From: Candidatus Tenderia sp.
GTDB lineage: Bacteria > Pseudomonadota > Gammaproteobacteria > Tenderiales > Tenderiaceae
DNA length: 64,000 nucleotides
Direction: 5' to 3'
Assembly: GCA_031416075.1 (NCBI GenBank)
Contig: JANOSY010000031.1
Coordinates: forward strand, 1 to 64,000
The position numbers and the translations under genes were made by a program. Below the pieces are notes generated by a model. It ran no database searches and was not told the origin of the DNA. It saw only the letters and a program-made list of their open reading frames with translations. Positions 1-10,765 of the stretch are shown piece after piece; position 1 is the first letter of the stretch, and each line of letters begins with the position of its first letter.

Positions 1-10
1 ACTTCGTTAC

Positions 11-290
11 CTATTTTGGGCGTCCATGCCCAAAATAGACTCACTTACGCGACAACTGATTCCTTTTGCCCCGACCGTCCTGCGTCCGCCGCGTCTCCGT
101 ATGGCATTGTCCATAAATGGACTCGCCACACTACGACACGGCTGCCACAATGACTCTACGGCGACTATACCCGCTGCCGCATCCTCTTCGTCGTTCGCTA
201 ACGCTCCCAACTACGAGTCTGCGGGCGGGGTCGCCTATCGGGGGACTAACTGCCCTCGCTTCGCTCTCCATGGCGGTTAGCGATTGTCGC
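11..290. repeat. GC-rich multi-hairpin non-coding element (REP/MITE-like or structured RNA)
   Basis: Inverted repeats: ctattttgggc 11-21 / gcccaaaatag 28-38; gcgacaa 49-55 / ttgtcgc 284-290; ggcgac 160-165 / gtcgcc 230-235; ctaactgcc / ggcggttag near 246-280. No credible ORF; abuts an AT-rich gene. Confidence 0.45.
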
Positions 291-319
291 ATTACTGATG
301 CGGCCATTGTTTAATATAG

Positions 320-1651
320 TCATTTTGTAAGTAAAGGGATATAAATTAAATTTATACCAAGCTCTTTTTTGACATAAACCACCCCAATACAATTACATAT
401 AATACTATCAACCAATAGGGCGTATGCTAATCCAATCGCCCCAAACCTATTGATCAGAATGAATGCAAGAATAAGAGTTATTATCGTGCTTATTAATAAA
501 ATATTTCTTCTAATATGCTGTCTCCCAACCATATCTAGGAGCACCCCACTAGGGCCGGTCATCGAATTTATCAAATTGGCAAGAGATAAAACAACTAATA
601 TCATTTGACCACTATCAAACTCATTTCCAAATAAGCGCATTAACCAACCAGACAACACAATTGTAATAATTGATATAGTGCCAGTAGTCCAAAATATTAT
701 TTTAGAACTAAATCTAACTGTTTTTTTAAACTCGTTAATATTGTTCAAATGCAATTCTGAGAACTTCGGTGCTAATATTGTTGTCACTGCACTAAAAACG
801 AAGGTGGTTAGTGCCGCTAGTTGAAAAGCAATATTGTAAATACCTACTTCTGCCGGATTTGAGTAATATGCCAGAACGAATACAGCGACATTGCTTGACA
901 TCAGCATTAACAATATTGATTGGTACATTGTGAAAGATGTAGAGAAATATTTATTTTTTTTAGTTCCAATATCCACAACATTTTCTACTTTTTTTAAATT
1001 TATAGCACTCACAACATAGAAAAGACTGAATAAAAAAGTAACTAATATTGCTACTTCGTAAGTTATCACTGGCCAATACACATTGTAATTAAAGAATGTA
1101 ACTAGCAATAAAAACAATACAAGATTCAAAAATCTAATAAAAAACACCCTTAAAAACTCACTTAATTTTATCTTTTTTAGCCCCCTAATAAATTCAACAT
1201 ACAATAGGTTGAGAGCATAAATCGGGATGGAAAATGAGATAAAAATAAATATGCCAGATAACTGATCGTCTTTTAACAAAGAACTAGCTAGTTCTTTTGA
1301 AAAGATAGCAACAAGTAAAGAGATAAGCACAGAAAAAGCAAAAGTAATAAGACTATAATTAATCACTACTTTCTTTAATTCAGATATATGCTTCTTAGAT
1401 GCTAATTGAGCAGAAAATAGGATGATAGCTTGGTTGAATCCCAAAAGGCTAATCATTGATATTACGAGAATGAATTGAACTGCTATTTGATAAATGCCAA
1501 CTGCTTCTGCTCCATATTTGTTCGACAACGTTGCAATAAATACAAGCCCTACCAAGAGGCCAGCAATTTTTATCAAAATCGTTTCAAACGAGCCTCTAAG
1601 TATTTCTCTTTTATGGTCATCTAATAAAAGTATTTTAACTTTATTAATCAT
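320..1651 (-). CDS. Wzx-like polysaccharide flippase (MOP superfamily)
   Basis: 443 aa, many TM helices, 'YGAEAVGIY' and 'EVGIYNIAFQLA' flippase-type motifs; very AT-rich. Confidence 0.85.
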   Translation of the reverse strand: MINKVKILLLDDHKREILRGSFETILIKIAGLLVGLVFIATLSNKYGAEAVGIYQIAVQFILVISMISLLGFNQAIILFSAQLASKKHISELKKVVINYSLITFAFSVLISLLVAIFSKELASSLLKDDQLSGIFIFISFSIPIYALNLLYVEFIRGLKKIKLSEFLRVFFIRFLNLVLFLLLVTFFNYNVYWPVITYEVAILVTFLFSLFYVVSAINLKKVENVVDIGTKKNKYFSTSFTMYQSILLMLMSSNVAVFVLAYYSNPAEVGIYNIAFQLAALTTFVFSAVTTILAPKFSELHLNNINEFKKTVRFSSKIIFWTTGTISIITIVLSGWLMRLFGNEFDSGQMILVVLSLANLINSMTGPSGVLLDMVGRQHIRRNILLISTIITLILAFILINRFGAIGLAYALLVDSIICNCIGVVYVKKELGINLIYIPLLTK

Positions 1652-2035
1652 GAGTTATTTTTTTGCATTTCTTACGTCATTATTTTAATGGCTATTATAT
1701 TTCAACTTTCCGATAAAATTGTTTACCTGCTTCCAAAAAGCGCGGAATTCAATACTTTTATTGCAAATAAATTTGCACTACGGTTTTTATTTGTCTACCG
1801 TCATATCTGAATGCTCATCCGCTACACAGTGAATTCTTCTACATTGGGAAATGTTAATAAATAAAGCGGTGGATTCAACTCTGAGGTGCAACTTTTGAGC
1901 ACGCCATCATATTTATAGAATATACCAATCAAAATATACAGCATCCAAAAAAGACTTCACCATAATGACCATCTAAGCAGTATTTGTACCCAAGCGAAAG
2001 TATCCGTTTTATTCAGACTAACTTTCCATCGGTAG

Positions 2036-3550
2036 TTACCCATTTTTACGACCAATCTTGTCGACCATCCGCTGCCCCATCGCAACCAGGCGTCCTATAG
2101 GCCCACCAAAATTACCCATCTGTACGAGTCTGGCTACTGTGTAAACCCCAAACGCCAAGGTCAACATAATCGAGACGATAGTCGCCCACCAATAGATAGT
2201 ATTTAAAATAGCCACCAAGATACAAAGTGCTAATATGGATATAAACAAGCGCGTTATTTTTGGCTGCCATTTGAATTCAATACTACGTTTGGCAAGTAGA
2301 TAAACAAGCGGTAAATAAACGGCATAACACACCAAAAATGCGATGCCGGTGATTTTTAACCCAACGCTAGATGATAAACCTGCAATCAAGCCGCCCATCA
2401 GCAATAACACAACTGAATCTGACCAAAAGAATGCCTTGCCTGCACCCGCTGCTAAAATGGCAAAACCGATCGGCCAACTGGCCACTTTAAATACATCCCC
2501 GAGTATTTGCCAGCGCAGCACCTCTACAGCAGGCATAAACTCGGATGAATAGAGCAGATGAATGACCCATGGTGTTAAACCGATCATGGCAATGAATACC
2601 GGCGCACTGAGCAGCAGGGCTATTTCGGTCTGCTCGTTCATTAAACGCGTTGCTGCTTTGTGGTCTTTGATTACTGTGGTTAAACGCGGGTAGTAATCCG
2701 CCGCCATGGCTGCCAGCACAAGGCCTATATATTGCATCGAGATCGCCCAGGCCGCCTGAAAGTGGCCAAGCGATTCTGCACCAAGGGTATTGCCGACTTC
2801 TACCCGTATCCAAAGTTGTACCAAAGCGCCAACCAGCCCCGCGCCCATGAATGGAACACCCAAGCGCAACAGTGTTTGCCATTGCTGCGCCATTTCTCGT
2901 GTCGAGATATCTGAAGAGGTAACCTTGGGCAGGCGTGATACATACCAATGTCCCAATATAAAATTCACCAAGGGGCCGATAAGTACATAGGCCACCAAGC
3001 CCGCTTGACCCCACTGCCACAACAATGTCACTCCGAGTACAGAATTCAATACCGCGCCAAATACACTCAGGCGTGCCATATCACCGATACGGCGCATACC
3101 TTGTATCACTGCACCCTGTGATGCACTGGCAACGGATAGTGCTACTCCCAACGACAACCAACCCACGATATAAGCATGTTCTGATCCGCCCAGTACATAC
3201 ACCGCCAGCACTTCACGTAGTGACCAAACTACCAGCGCGCCTGCGCCAGCAAGCAATAAGGTTCCCCATAACATTGCACGTCGCACCACGGCCAGGGCAC
3301 GCTCATCCTCTTGACTCTGCGCTTCGGCAACCTGTCGCGCACCTATCGTTCCAATGCCCATAGTTGCCATGGCTGTGGCCGTTAACATCAAGCCACTGTA
3401 AAGGCTGACAAGTCCAATACCTGCCGGACCAAGCAACACCGCAATGATTTTGGTACGTACCAAACCAAATACAATGTTGATAACCGATGCGCCGCCAATG
3501 ATGGAGGAACTTTTTAAAATGCGCCGGTAGGATGTGACCTGTTCGGTCAT
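2036..3550 (-). CDS. wzx: O-antigen translocase (WzxE-like flippase)
   Basis: 504 aa multi-TM; 'KIIAVLLGPAGIGL' and 'GHFQAAWAISMQY...ADYYPRL' motifs; directly downstream of the amino-sugar genes. Confidence 0.88.
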   Translation of the reverse strand: MTEQVTSYRRILKSSSIIGGASVINIVFGLVRTKIIAVLLGPAGIGLVSLYSGLMLTATAMATMGIGTIGARQVAEAQSQEDERALAVVRRAMLWGTLLLAGAGALVVWSLREVLAVYVLGGSEHAYIVGWLSLGVALSVASASQGAVIQGMRRIGDMARLSVFGAVLNSVLGVTLLWQWGQAGLVAYVLIGPLVNFILGHWYVSRLPKVTSSDISTREMAQQWQTLLRLGVPFMGAGLVGALVQLWIRVEVGNTLGAESLGHFQAAWAISMQYIGLVLAAMAADYYPRLTTVIKDHKAATRLMNEQTEIALLLSAPVFIAMIGLTPWVIHLLYSSEFMPAVEVLRWQILGDVFKVASWPIGFAILAAGAGKAFFWSDSVVLLLMGGLIAGLSSSVGLKITGIAFLVCYAVYLPLVYLLAKRSIEFKWQPKITRLFISILALCILVAILNTIYWWATIVSIMLTLAFGVYTVARLVQMGNFGGPIGRLVAMGQRMVDKIGRKNG

Positions 3551-3552
3551 GC

Positions 3553-4650
3553 TTAAACTGCTGCTTTGAGCGCTGCAATCACAACTGATGTGCTCGCCTC
3601 ATCCAGGTGCGGCCCCATGGGTACACTGAGCAGTTGATTGGCCATCTGTTCTGCAATGGGATACTGGCCTTTGACGTAACCAGATGATGCATACGCTTGC
3701 TGTAGATGAGGCGGTATGGGGTAGTGGATCAGTGTGCCAATACCTGCTTCACCCAATTTTTTATGCAAGGCGTCACGCTGCGGGTGTTGCACGACATAAA
3801 GGTGCCATGCAGGTTCGGCCCATTCAGGTACGAAAGGCAGGGTGATTCCAATATTTGCCAGACCTGTTTGATAGCGGTTGGCAATCTCGGCCCGTCTTTC
3901 ATTCCATACATTCAACACATTGAGTTTGACGCATAGAGCAGCGGCTTGAATCGGATCAAGACGGCTATTAAAGCCGCGCACGTCGTTGATGTATTTCACC
4001 CGCGAACCGTAATTGCGCAATACTCGGATGCGCTCGGCAATTTCTGCATCATTGGTGGTGATCGCGCCACCATCACCAAATGCACCGAGATTCTTGCCGG
4101 GATAAAAACTCCACGCGACCACGTCGCCATGGGCACCTAGACGTTTGCCTTTGTAACGTGCGCCGTGTGCCTGGGCACCGTCTTCCAGCACTTTCAAACC
4201 ATGTTTGCGCGCAATCGCCAAAATCGAGTCCATGTCAGCGGGTTGGCCATACAAATGAACGGGCAGAATCACTTTGGTGCGTGGCGTAATCGCGGCTTCT
4301 ATCAGTGCTGGATCGATGTTGTAAGTTGCTACATCCGGCTCCACTGGAATCGGTGTTGCGCCACACTGGCAGACTGCCAGCCAGGTGGCGATGTAGGTGT
4401 TGCTGGGGACAATGACTTCATCACCGGCCCCTACTCCCAGCGCCAGCAGTGACAGATGCAGGGCATCCAGCCCATTAGCCAGCCCGACACAATGCTGTGC
4501 TTCACAGTAGGTTGCATATTCTTGTTCAAAGGCATCCACCTCTGCGCCAAGGATGTACCAGCCGGAGTCCAGTACGCGCTTAACTGCCGCATCAATTTCA
4601 GGTTGTAGTTCGAGGTAGGCGGCATGTAAATCCAGGAAATGAACACTCAT
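3553..4650 (-). CDS. fdtB: DegT/DnrJ/EryC1/StrS aminotransferase (dTDP-3-amino-3,6-dideoxyhexose transaminase)
   Basis: '[11 protein letters not shown]', 'PVHLYGQ', '[15 protein letters not shown]' PLP-Lys motif; next to the FdtA-type cupin. Confidence 0.88.
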   Translation of the reverse strand: MSVHFLDLHAAYLELQPEIDAAVKRVLDSGWYILGAEVDAFEQEYATYCEAQHCVGLANGLDALHLSLLALGVGAGDEVIVPSNTYIATWLAVCQCGATPIPVEPDVATYNIDPALIEAAITPRTKVILPVHLYGQPADMDSILAIARKHGLKVLEDGAQAHGARYKGKRLGAHGDVVAWSFYPGKNLGAFGDGGAITTNDAEIAERIRVLRNYGSRVKYINDVRGFNSRLDPIQAAALCVKLNVLNVWNERRAEIANRYQTGLANIGITLPFVPEWAEPAWHLYVVQHPQRDALHKKLGEAGIGTLIHYPIPPHLQQAYASSGYVKGQYPIAEQMANQLLSVPMGPHLDEASTSVVIAALKAAV

Positions 4651-5054
4651 TTTTTTATCGCTCTTATATATTCGTTGTAATCGCGGTAATAATCAGACTC
4701 ATCATATACGTTTGAAGCCAAAACCATACAAACCGAACCTGAAGAAAAATTATCCAGCTCACGCCACATCATCGGACAGATATAAAGCCCCTGATACGAG
4801 CGATTCAAATGGAATCGTTTTTTTTCATTACCCTCGTCCAAAATAACATCAAAGCTTCCCGACATCGCGATAATCAGCTGGTTCAGTCCTTTATGTGCAT
4901 GACCGCCACGCTCTGCGCCCCCTGGAACATCGTACAAATAATAGACACGACGTATATCGAAGGGAATGTGTTGACCACCTTCGATAAAGGTTAAATTTCC
5001 ACGTGGATCTGAAATTTTAGGCAAATCGATTATTTTGCACTGTTCTAAACTCAT
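4647..5054 (-). CDS. fdtA: dTDP-6-deoxy-3,4-keto-hexulose isomerase (FdtA/QdtA cupin)
   Basis: '[10 protein letters not shown]', 'RGGHAH', '[16 protein letters not shown]'. Confidence 0.9.
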   Translation of the reverse strand: MSLEQCKIIDLPKISDPRGNLTFIEGGQHIPFDIRRVYYLYDVPGGAERGGHAHKGLNQLIIAMSGSFDVILDEGNEKKRFHLNRSYQGLYICPMMWRELDNFSSGSVCMVLASNVYDESDYYRDYNEYIRAIKK

Positions 5055-5512
5055 ACTTGCCTCACAATTTTTGCCGGATTGCCAATCACCACGGCACCGG
5101 CAGGCACATCTTTTGTCACTACGGCTCCGGCCCCCACCATAGCATTCTCACCAATAGTTATACCGGGCAGGAGAGTCGCGTTTGCACCTATTGAGGCACC
5201 CGCTTTTACTACGGTTTGAAAAAACTCCTCTGGATACACCTTTGAGCGGGGAAACATGTCGTTGGTGAAGGTGGCGTTTGGTCCGATGAAGACGTTGTCT
5301 TCAATGCGCACGCCATCCCACAACTGCACGCCGCTTTTGATCGTAACGTTATCGCCTATCACTACATCGTTTTCGATCAAGACCTGTGCGCAAATATTGC
5401 AGTTATCTCCAATTTTTGCATTGGGAAATACAACACAAAATTGCCAGATGCGCGTTCCTTCACCAATAGTTTTGCTTTGTACATCCGCTAAAGGATGAAT
5501 TTGTGTTGTCAT
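5051..5512 (-). CDS. WxcM/QdtC-like left-handed beta-helix sugar N-acetyltransferase
   Basis: Hexapeptide repeats; '[19 protein letters not shown]', '[10 protein letters not shown]'; start moved to ATG at 5512. Confidence 0.85.
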   Translation of the reverse strand: MTTQIHPLADVQSKTIGEGTRIWQFCVVFPNAKIGDNCNICAQVLIENDVVIGDNVTIKSGVQLWDGVRIEDNVFIGPNATFTNDMFPRSKVYPEEFFQTVVKAGASIGANATLLPGITIGENAMVGAGAVVTKDVPAGAVVIGNPAKIVRQV

Positions 5513-5566
5513 TTTGTCGATCGTCTTTGAATTACGAAAAAACATCTTGCACGTTAATATCAATCA

Positions 5567-6577
5567 CTACGATGTTGGAATCACAGAGTCATTTATTTTT
5601 TCCCGAAAATCCATATAGGCTTCGACCAACCCAACCCTGAATGTAGTCGGCGCCTGCCACCCCTTATCAGCCAGTCGTGTGACATCAAGTAATTTACGCG
5701 GGGTACCATCCAGCTTGCTCGCATCAAACACCATTTCACCCTGGTAGCCCACTACTTCTTTCACGGCTTCTGCGAGTTCTTTGATGGTGAAGTCGGTTCC
5801 CACGCCAATATTGACTAGCGGTGCAAGCCCCAAGACAGAAGATTCATCGGGCGAACCGGCCGGCCAGAGCAGTATGGAAAATTTTTCGTCGGATAGATTC
5901 ATCAGGTAGACACAGGCGTCTGCCATGTCTTCGCTGTACAAAAATTCACGCCTTGGTGTACCACTACCCCAAACAGTTACCGTCGGGTTGTTGTTTGTTT
6001 TTGCCTCATGAAACTTGCGGATTAGTGCGGGTATTACGTGGGAATTCTCCGGGTGGTAGTTATCGCCTGGGCCATAAAGGTTGGTGGGCATGGCCGCGAG
6101 GTACTGGGTACCGTACTGCCGATTGTAGCTCCAGCACATTTCGATGCCGGCAATTTTCGCCAGGGCATAGGGGCGGTTGGTGGGTTCTAACGGGCCGGTG
6201 AGGAGATGTTCTTCCTTCATGGGCTGTGGCGCGTTTTTGGGATAGATGCAACTCGAACCTAAAAAGAGCAGACGTTTTATATTATTTTGCCATGCAGCGT
6301 GGATGATGTTTGTTTGTATCGCAAGGTTATCGCGGATGAACTCCGCTGGGTATTCATTGTTGGCATGGATGCCCCCCACCTTGGCGGCAGCCAGGAAGAC
6401 ATAGTCAGGCTTTTCCTGCGCGAAGAAGGTTTCGACGGCGGCCTGATTTGTTAAATCGAGTTCGGCATGGGTACGCTTGACGATGTTGTCATAGCCTTTT
6501 GCCTGAAGGTTGCACATGAGGGCAGAACCTACCAGGCCTCTGTGGCCGACGACGTAAATCTTGTCGGTAGTTTTCAT
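5567..6577 (-). CDS. fcl: GDP-L-fucose synthase
   Basis: 'GHRGLVGSA', '[11 protein letters not shown]', 'LGSSCIYPK', YxxxK ('YALAK'). Confidence 0.95.
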   Translation of the reverse strand: MKTTDKIYVVGHRGLVGSALMCNLQAKGYDNIVKRTHAELDLTNQAAVETFFAQEKPDYVFLAAAKVGGIHANNEYPAEFIRDNLAIQTNIIHAAWQNNIKRLLFLGSSCIYPKNAPQPMKEEHLLTGPLEPTNRPYALAKIAGIEMCWSYNRQYGTQYLAAMPTNLYGPGDNYHPENSHVIPALIRKFHEAKTNNNPTVTVWGSGTPRREFLYSEDMADACVYLMNLSDEKFSILLWPAGSPDESSVLGLAPLVNIGVGTDFTIKELAEAVKEVVGYQGEMVFDASKLDGTPRKLLDVTRLADKGWQAPTTFRVGLVEAYMDFREKINDSVIPTS

Positions 6578-6581
6578 GAAT

Positions 6582-7667
6582 TTACTCGTGGTAGTCTTTG
6601 GCCGTATAGCCGTGTTTTTTGACTAGTTCGTCACGCTCTGCTGTCTTTAGATCTTCCCGTACCATTTCCGCAACCAGTTCACTAAAAGTGATTTTAGGCA
6701 CCCAGCCAAGTTTGGCCTTGGCTTTGGAGGGATCGCCCAGAAGGGTCTCTACTTCGGTGGGGCGGAAGTAGCGTGCATCTACGGATACAATGCAGCGACC
6801 ATTTGCGTCAAACCCTTTTTCGTCGACGCCTACGCCTTCCCAACGGATGGTTATGCTTAGCTCTTTGGCGGCGGCGTCGACAAAATCACGCACACTGTAC
6901 TGAATGCCCGTGGCTATAACAAAATCTTCCGCTTGCTCCTGTTGCAACATCAACCATTGCATTTCGACGTAGTCCTTGGCATGACCCCAATCGCGTTTGG
7001 CGTCCATATTGCCGAGGTACAGGCAGTCTTGCAGGCCGAGCTTGATACGGGCTAGTGCGCGGGTGATTTTACGGGTGACGAAGGTTTCGCCGCGAACAGG
7101 GGATTCGTGGTTGAACAATATGCCGTTGCAGGCGTACATGCCGTAGGCTTCGCGGTAGTTGACGGTGATCCAGTAGGCATAAAGCTTGGCGACTGCGTAT
7201 GGGGAACGCGGGTAAAATGGGGTGGTTTCTTTCTGTGGAATCTCTTGCACCAGCCCATACAACTCGGAAGTTGATGCTTGGTAGAAGCGGGTTTTTTTCT
7301 CAAGGCCGAGAATACGGATGGCCTCTAGGACACGCAGGGCTCCCAGAGCATCAGAATTGGCAGTGTATTCGGGTTCCTCGAAAGAGACCGCAACGTGACT
7401 CTGAGCTGCCAGATTATAGATTTCATCCGGCTGTACTTGTTGGATGATGCGAATCAGACTGCTGGAATCGGTCATGTCGCCATAATGCAGAATGAAATGC
7501 CGGTCACTTGCATGTGGATCTTGATAGATATGATCTACACGATCAGTGTTGAACGATGAGGCGCGACGTTTGATGCCGTGTACGTCATAACCTTTTTTCA
7601 ACAGGAATTCTGCGAGATAGGAGCCATCCTGCCCCGTAACGCCGGTGATAAGTGCCGTTTTATTCAT
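6582..7667 (-). CDS. gmd: GDP-mannose 4,6-dehydratase
   Basis: '[16 protein letters not shown]', '[13 protein letters not shown]', '[11 protein letters not shown]'. Confidence 0.97.
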   Translation of the reverse strand: MNKTALITGVTGQDGSYLAEFLLKKGYDVHGIKRRASSFNTDRVDHIYQDPHASDRHFILHYGDMTDSSSLIRIIQQVQPDEIYNLAAQSHVAVSFEEPEYTANSDALGALRVLEAIRILGLEKKTRFYQASTSELYGLVQEIPQKETTPFYPRSPYAVAKLYAYWITVNYREAYGMYACNGILFNHESPVRGETFVTRKITRALARIKLGLQDCLYLGNMDAKRDWGHAKDYVEMQWLMLQQEQAEDFVIATGIQYSVRDFVDAAAKELSITIRWEGVGVDEKGFDANGRCIVSVDARYFRPTEVETLLGDPSKAKAKLGWVPKITFSELVAEMVREDLKTAERDELVKKHGYTAKDYHE

Positions 7668-7827
7668 AGGTAGTCTGCTTTATTGTTTTCACTACATGGT
7701 TATCTAAAAGAATGTTTGATCAATTTATATTAAAAACCATTCTACGTTATAGCGATGTACTGCACTTGATAACACAAATGCGGGAGCACAAAGGCCAGCA
7801 TCATACCACGCAAAAACGACAATTATG

Positions 7828-9240
7828 TTAATAGGTGTTTTTCCCTGTGAATCCGGTAAACACAGTACTGAAAACAATCTTTATATCCCACCACAATGAC
7901 CAGTTACGGATGTAGTGCAGATCGTACTCGACCCGTTTTTCCATTTTATCCAGGGTATCTGTTTCACCGCGCCAGCCGTTTACTTGTGCCCAGCCTGTGA
8001 TTCCAGGTTTTACTTTGTGCCGTAGCATGTAGCCTGAAATGAGTTTGCGGTACTCTTCGTTATGGGCAACTGCATGTGGGCGTGGTCCTACGATGGACAT
8101 TTCACCTGTTAGTACATTGATGAATTGCGGCAGCTCATCTAACGAGGTGCGGCGCAGGAATGCGCCAAAAGGTGTGATGCGCACATCACATTTTTTGGCC
8201 TGCACAATACTGTCGCCATCGTCACACACTGTCATCGAACGAAATTTCCAGACTTTTATCGGTCGTCCATCCATTCCGTAGCGGCGCTGTTTAAACAGAA
8301 CAGGGCCAGGCGAGTTCAGTTTTACACCCGCTGCAATAAAGAACATGGGGATGATGATGAGCATGAGGATGAGTGATGAGAGCACAATGTCTTCAATACG
8401 TTTTAACCATCCATCGAGTCCCATAAAGGGGGACTCGTAAATACTGACGGTGGGTACTGGCCCTAGGTTGATCCAGCGTGAGTGCAGGAGGTCATACATT
8501 AAAAAATCGGGGACTAAGTATACGGAAGCGGTAGTGTCCGATAACTCTGATATCAACTTGACGATGTGCTCCTCTCCTTTCATGGAGATGGCGATATATA
8601 TGAGGTAATATTTGCCCTCTTTGGCACGTCGGATTAGCTCATTAAAATCACCCAGAATTGGCGCGGCCAGATTTTCAGCAACCCGCCCATCATCACCTTT
8701 GCGGTTGTCAAAATAACCTTTTAAATCTAATCCATAAGAGGGTGTCTCTTTAATTATCTGGCCAATACGCTGGCCAACTGTACCAGCACCGACAATCGCC
8801 ACAGAACGGGTGTTGTACCCTTTTGATCTATAGTGGGAGAGCAAGCCACGTACCGTTAAGCGCCACAAAATGAGCAGTGTTGGTGCAACAAAAAACCAAA
8901 GTCCAACAACAACACGTGAGTAATCCGCAGAGGACTTTAAGAAATAGGCTAACGAGGAGAGTATTGATACGGTGATACCCCACGCCACCAGCACAGGCCA
9001 TATCTGTTCTGATAGTGTGCTACCTCGCTGCGAACGGTAAAGGCCTGATTCACTGCCAACAAAGGCAAAACAGATAACCACCAGTAACGCTGCAAGCATA
9101 TACTGGTTTTCCACAGCAATGCCACGAGCAAAAAGTGCCACTAATAAAACCAGGAAGATGATGATGCCATCTGACATTTTAAAAACAAATGCCAGTTTTG
9201 ACCGATGGGGAAGAATCATGCCATTTGAGGAGTTATGCAT
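7828..9240 (-). CDS. wcaJ: Undecaprenyl-phosphate glucose phosphotransferase (priming glycosyltransferase)
   Basis: N-terminal TMs plus sugar-transferase domain: 'KFRSM', 'SLDELPQF.NVL.GEMSIVGPRP', 'KPGITGWAQVNG.RGETDT'. Confidence 0.92.
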   Translation of the reverse strand: MHNSSNGMILPHRSKLAFVFKMSDGIIIFLVLLVALFARGIAVENQYMLAALLVVICFAFVGSESGLYRSQRGSTLSEQIWPVLVAWGITVSILSSLAYFLKSSADYSRVVVGLWFFVAPTLLILWRLTVRGLLSHYRSKGYNTRSVAIVGAGTVGQRIGQIIKETPSYGLDLKGYFDNRKGDDGRVAENLAAPILGDFNELIRRAKEGKYYLIYIAISMKGEEHIVKLISELSDTTASVYLVPDFLMYDLLHSRWINLGPVPTVSIYESPFMGLDGWLKRIEDIVLSSLILMLIIIPMFFIAAGVKLNSPGPVLFKQRRYGMDGRPIKVWKFRSMTVCDDGDSIVQAKKCDVRITPFGAFLRRTSLDELPQFINVLTGEMSIVGPRPHAVAHNEEYRKLISGYMLRHKVKPGITGWAQVNGWRGETDTLDKMEKRVEYDLHYIRNWSLWWDIKIVFSTVFTGFTGKNTY

Positions 9241-9576
9241 TTTAATACTTCCTTGCTGCTCTATATCATGGTTGTTACGGGATAAATGCCAGCGTTAACT
9301 AGATGTTAACTGCAAAAACCACAACCCATCATCCTTAATAGTGCTTTCACTAATCAATGACTCAACGTATATGTATGCATGATGCATAATCATAAAAACC
9401 TACACTTATATAGCTCCATTACAGAAAGCAGTACTCGCAATAGGCTTCTTGGAGGAGTTGGTTAATTCGCCATTCTTAACCTAGTAGAGTATAGACACTA
9501 AATCTAATGTTTTGAACGCCGCACGATCAAATTTTTAACTGACTCCAGATGACAAAACACATTGACCAATGCCGTC

Positions 9577-10548
9577 CTAAATTGTTTTCACATCTGCTTC
9601 AATGCTTTTACAAATATTAACCAGATGCTCTTTACCACTGGGGTAAGTAATCCGTTTTATCTCTACAGACTCAAGCATTGATGCAAGCCTGTCTAATCTA
9701 TCTTTTTCAACATTCAGTGACCTGTATGCATCTGCCAACATACTATTTTGTAACAACACTATCATCGACTCTGACGCTGAAAGCTGTTCTATCCTTATCT
9801 CCGAATCGTTGCTATCCGTCCTATCCAGCAGATAAAGCCTCTTTAACCGACCACTTTTACTTGAGAAACGAAGTTCGTTTTGGGTACCAGATTCCACTAT
9901 TCGCTTTTCAAAACGATGATGAACACGTTGTAAAGTTTCAATATCCCTCACAAAGTGCTGGGCTACCTCTGGCCACATTCTCACTTGAGGCCAACCTGGA
10001 AAGACCTTTAGCCCCTCCGTAGTTTTATGTATGGCCATCATATCATCGCTCATCATGCCCATGCTACGCACCGCAAGCGCTGCGGTTAGTGTTGTTTTGC
10101 CTGTTTGACTCGGGGCTATTATACCAATGACCCCACGCTCGGTTTCAATTGCATTGGCATGAATGCACAGTACCCCGCGCATTTCCAGCCACAGACTCAG
10201 TCCGACTGTCTGAAGGTAATGCTCAAAGCTGGTACCCTCATCTTGCCATGCAACATTGATCTCATCGCCCAAGTATTGAAATGAGCCGGTGCCTTGACAC
10301 TTAATGTGCAACAGTTTTCCTGCCGACTCATCAAACAGCTCGACAACACTACTATATCGTTCACCTTGAGTTGAGAGACGCCAAATCGGTTTCTGCTGTG
10401 TCGGGACAAAGCACTCAGAGAAACTGAGCTTTAAAGACTCTATGTATTCGCCATCACAATCTAACCGGTCGGTCTCAGCTGGCTGGAATAGTCGCACACC
10501 ATGAAGGGGAATCGTGAAAATCCAGCTGGGTGACACAATCTTAGACAT
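9577..10548 (-). CDS. HPr kinase (HprK)-related Ser/Thr kinase, lasso-cluster type
   Basis: 'CIHANAI', Walker A 'APSQTGKTT', 'MMSDD', 'PGWPQVRMWP'; 36 nt downstream of the lasso-like precursor. Confidence 0.75.
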   Translation of the reverse strand: MSKIVSPSWIFTIPLHGVRLFQPAETDRLDCDGEYIESLKLSFSECFVPTQQKPIWRLSTQGERYSSVVELFDESAGKLLHIKCQGTGSFQYLGDEINVAWQDEGTSFEHYLQTVGLSLWLEMRGVLCIHANAIETERGVIGIIAPSQTGKTTLTAALAVRSMGMMSDDMMAIHKTTEGLKVFPGWPQVRMWPEVAQHFVRDIETLQRVHHRFEKRIVESGTQNELRFSSKSGRLKRLYLLDRTDSNDSEIRIEQLSASESMIVLLQNSMLADAYRSLNVEKDRLDRLASMLESVEIKRITYPSGKEHLVNICKSIEADVKTI

Positions 10549-10584
10549 GCATATGTCTTTATCGCAACACCCAGCTGCAAACTG

Positions 10585-10761
10585 TTAGCCCAGGAACGGG
10601 TTACGCTTTGTCTGGCCGCCTTGTTCATCAGGCACACTGCCCGCAAACCCTTGGGTCAACTCTGCCAGACTACCTACTTTTTTGAACTCTGGTTTACGAT
10701 AAGACTTCTTTGATACCGCTTCATCACCGTTATAAACCACATCATTAGTCGCCATTATCAT
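10585..10761 (-). CDS. Lasso RiPP precursor peptide (58 aa)
   Basis: GAGG RBS upstream of ATG 10761; leader 'YRKPEFKKVGSLAELTQ' fits YxxPxLxxxGxxxxxTx (F for L); core GFAGSVPDEQGGQTKRNPFLG with G1 and D8/E9. Confidence 0.75.
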   Translation of the reverse strand: MIMATNDVVYNGDEAVSKKSYRKPEFKKVGSLAELTQGFAGSVPDEQGGQTKRNPFLG

Positions 10762-10765
10762 TGTC

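Noticed and set aside
195-283. Integron attC-like site (tcgctaac ... gttagcga inverted cores)
   Set aside because: No complementary L''/L' boxes, no cassette ORF ending at it and no integrase in the window.
7-314. Short ORFs 7-210, 26-280 and 117-314
   Set aside because: They overlap a hairpin-rich element and show no recognisable motifs.
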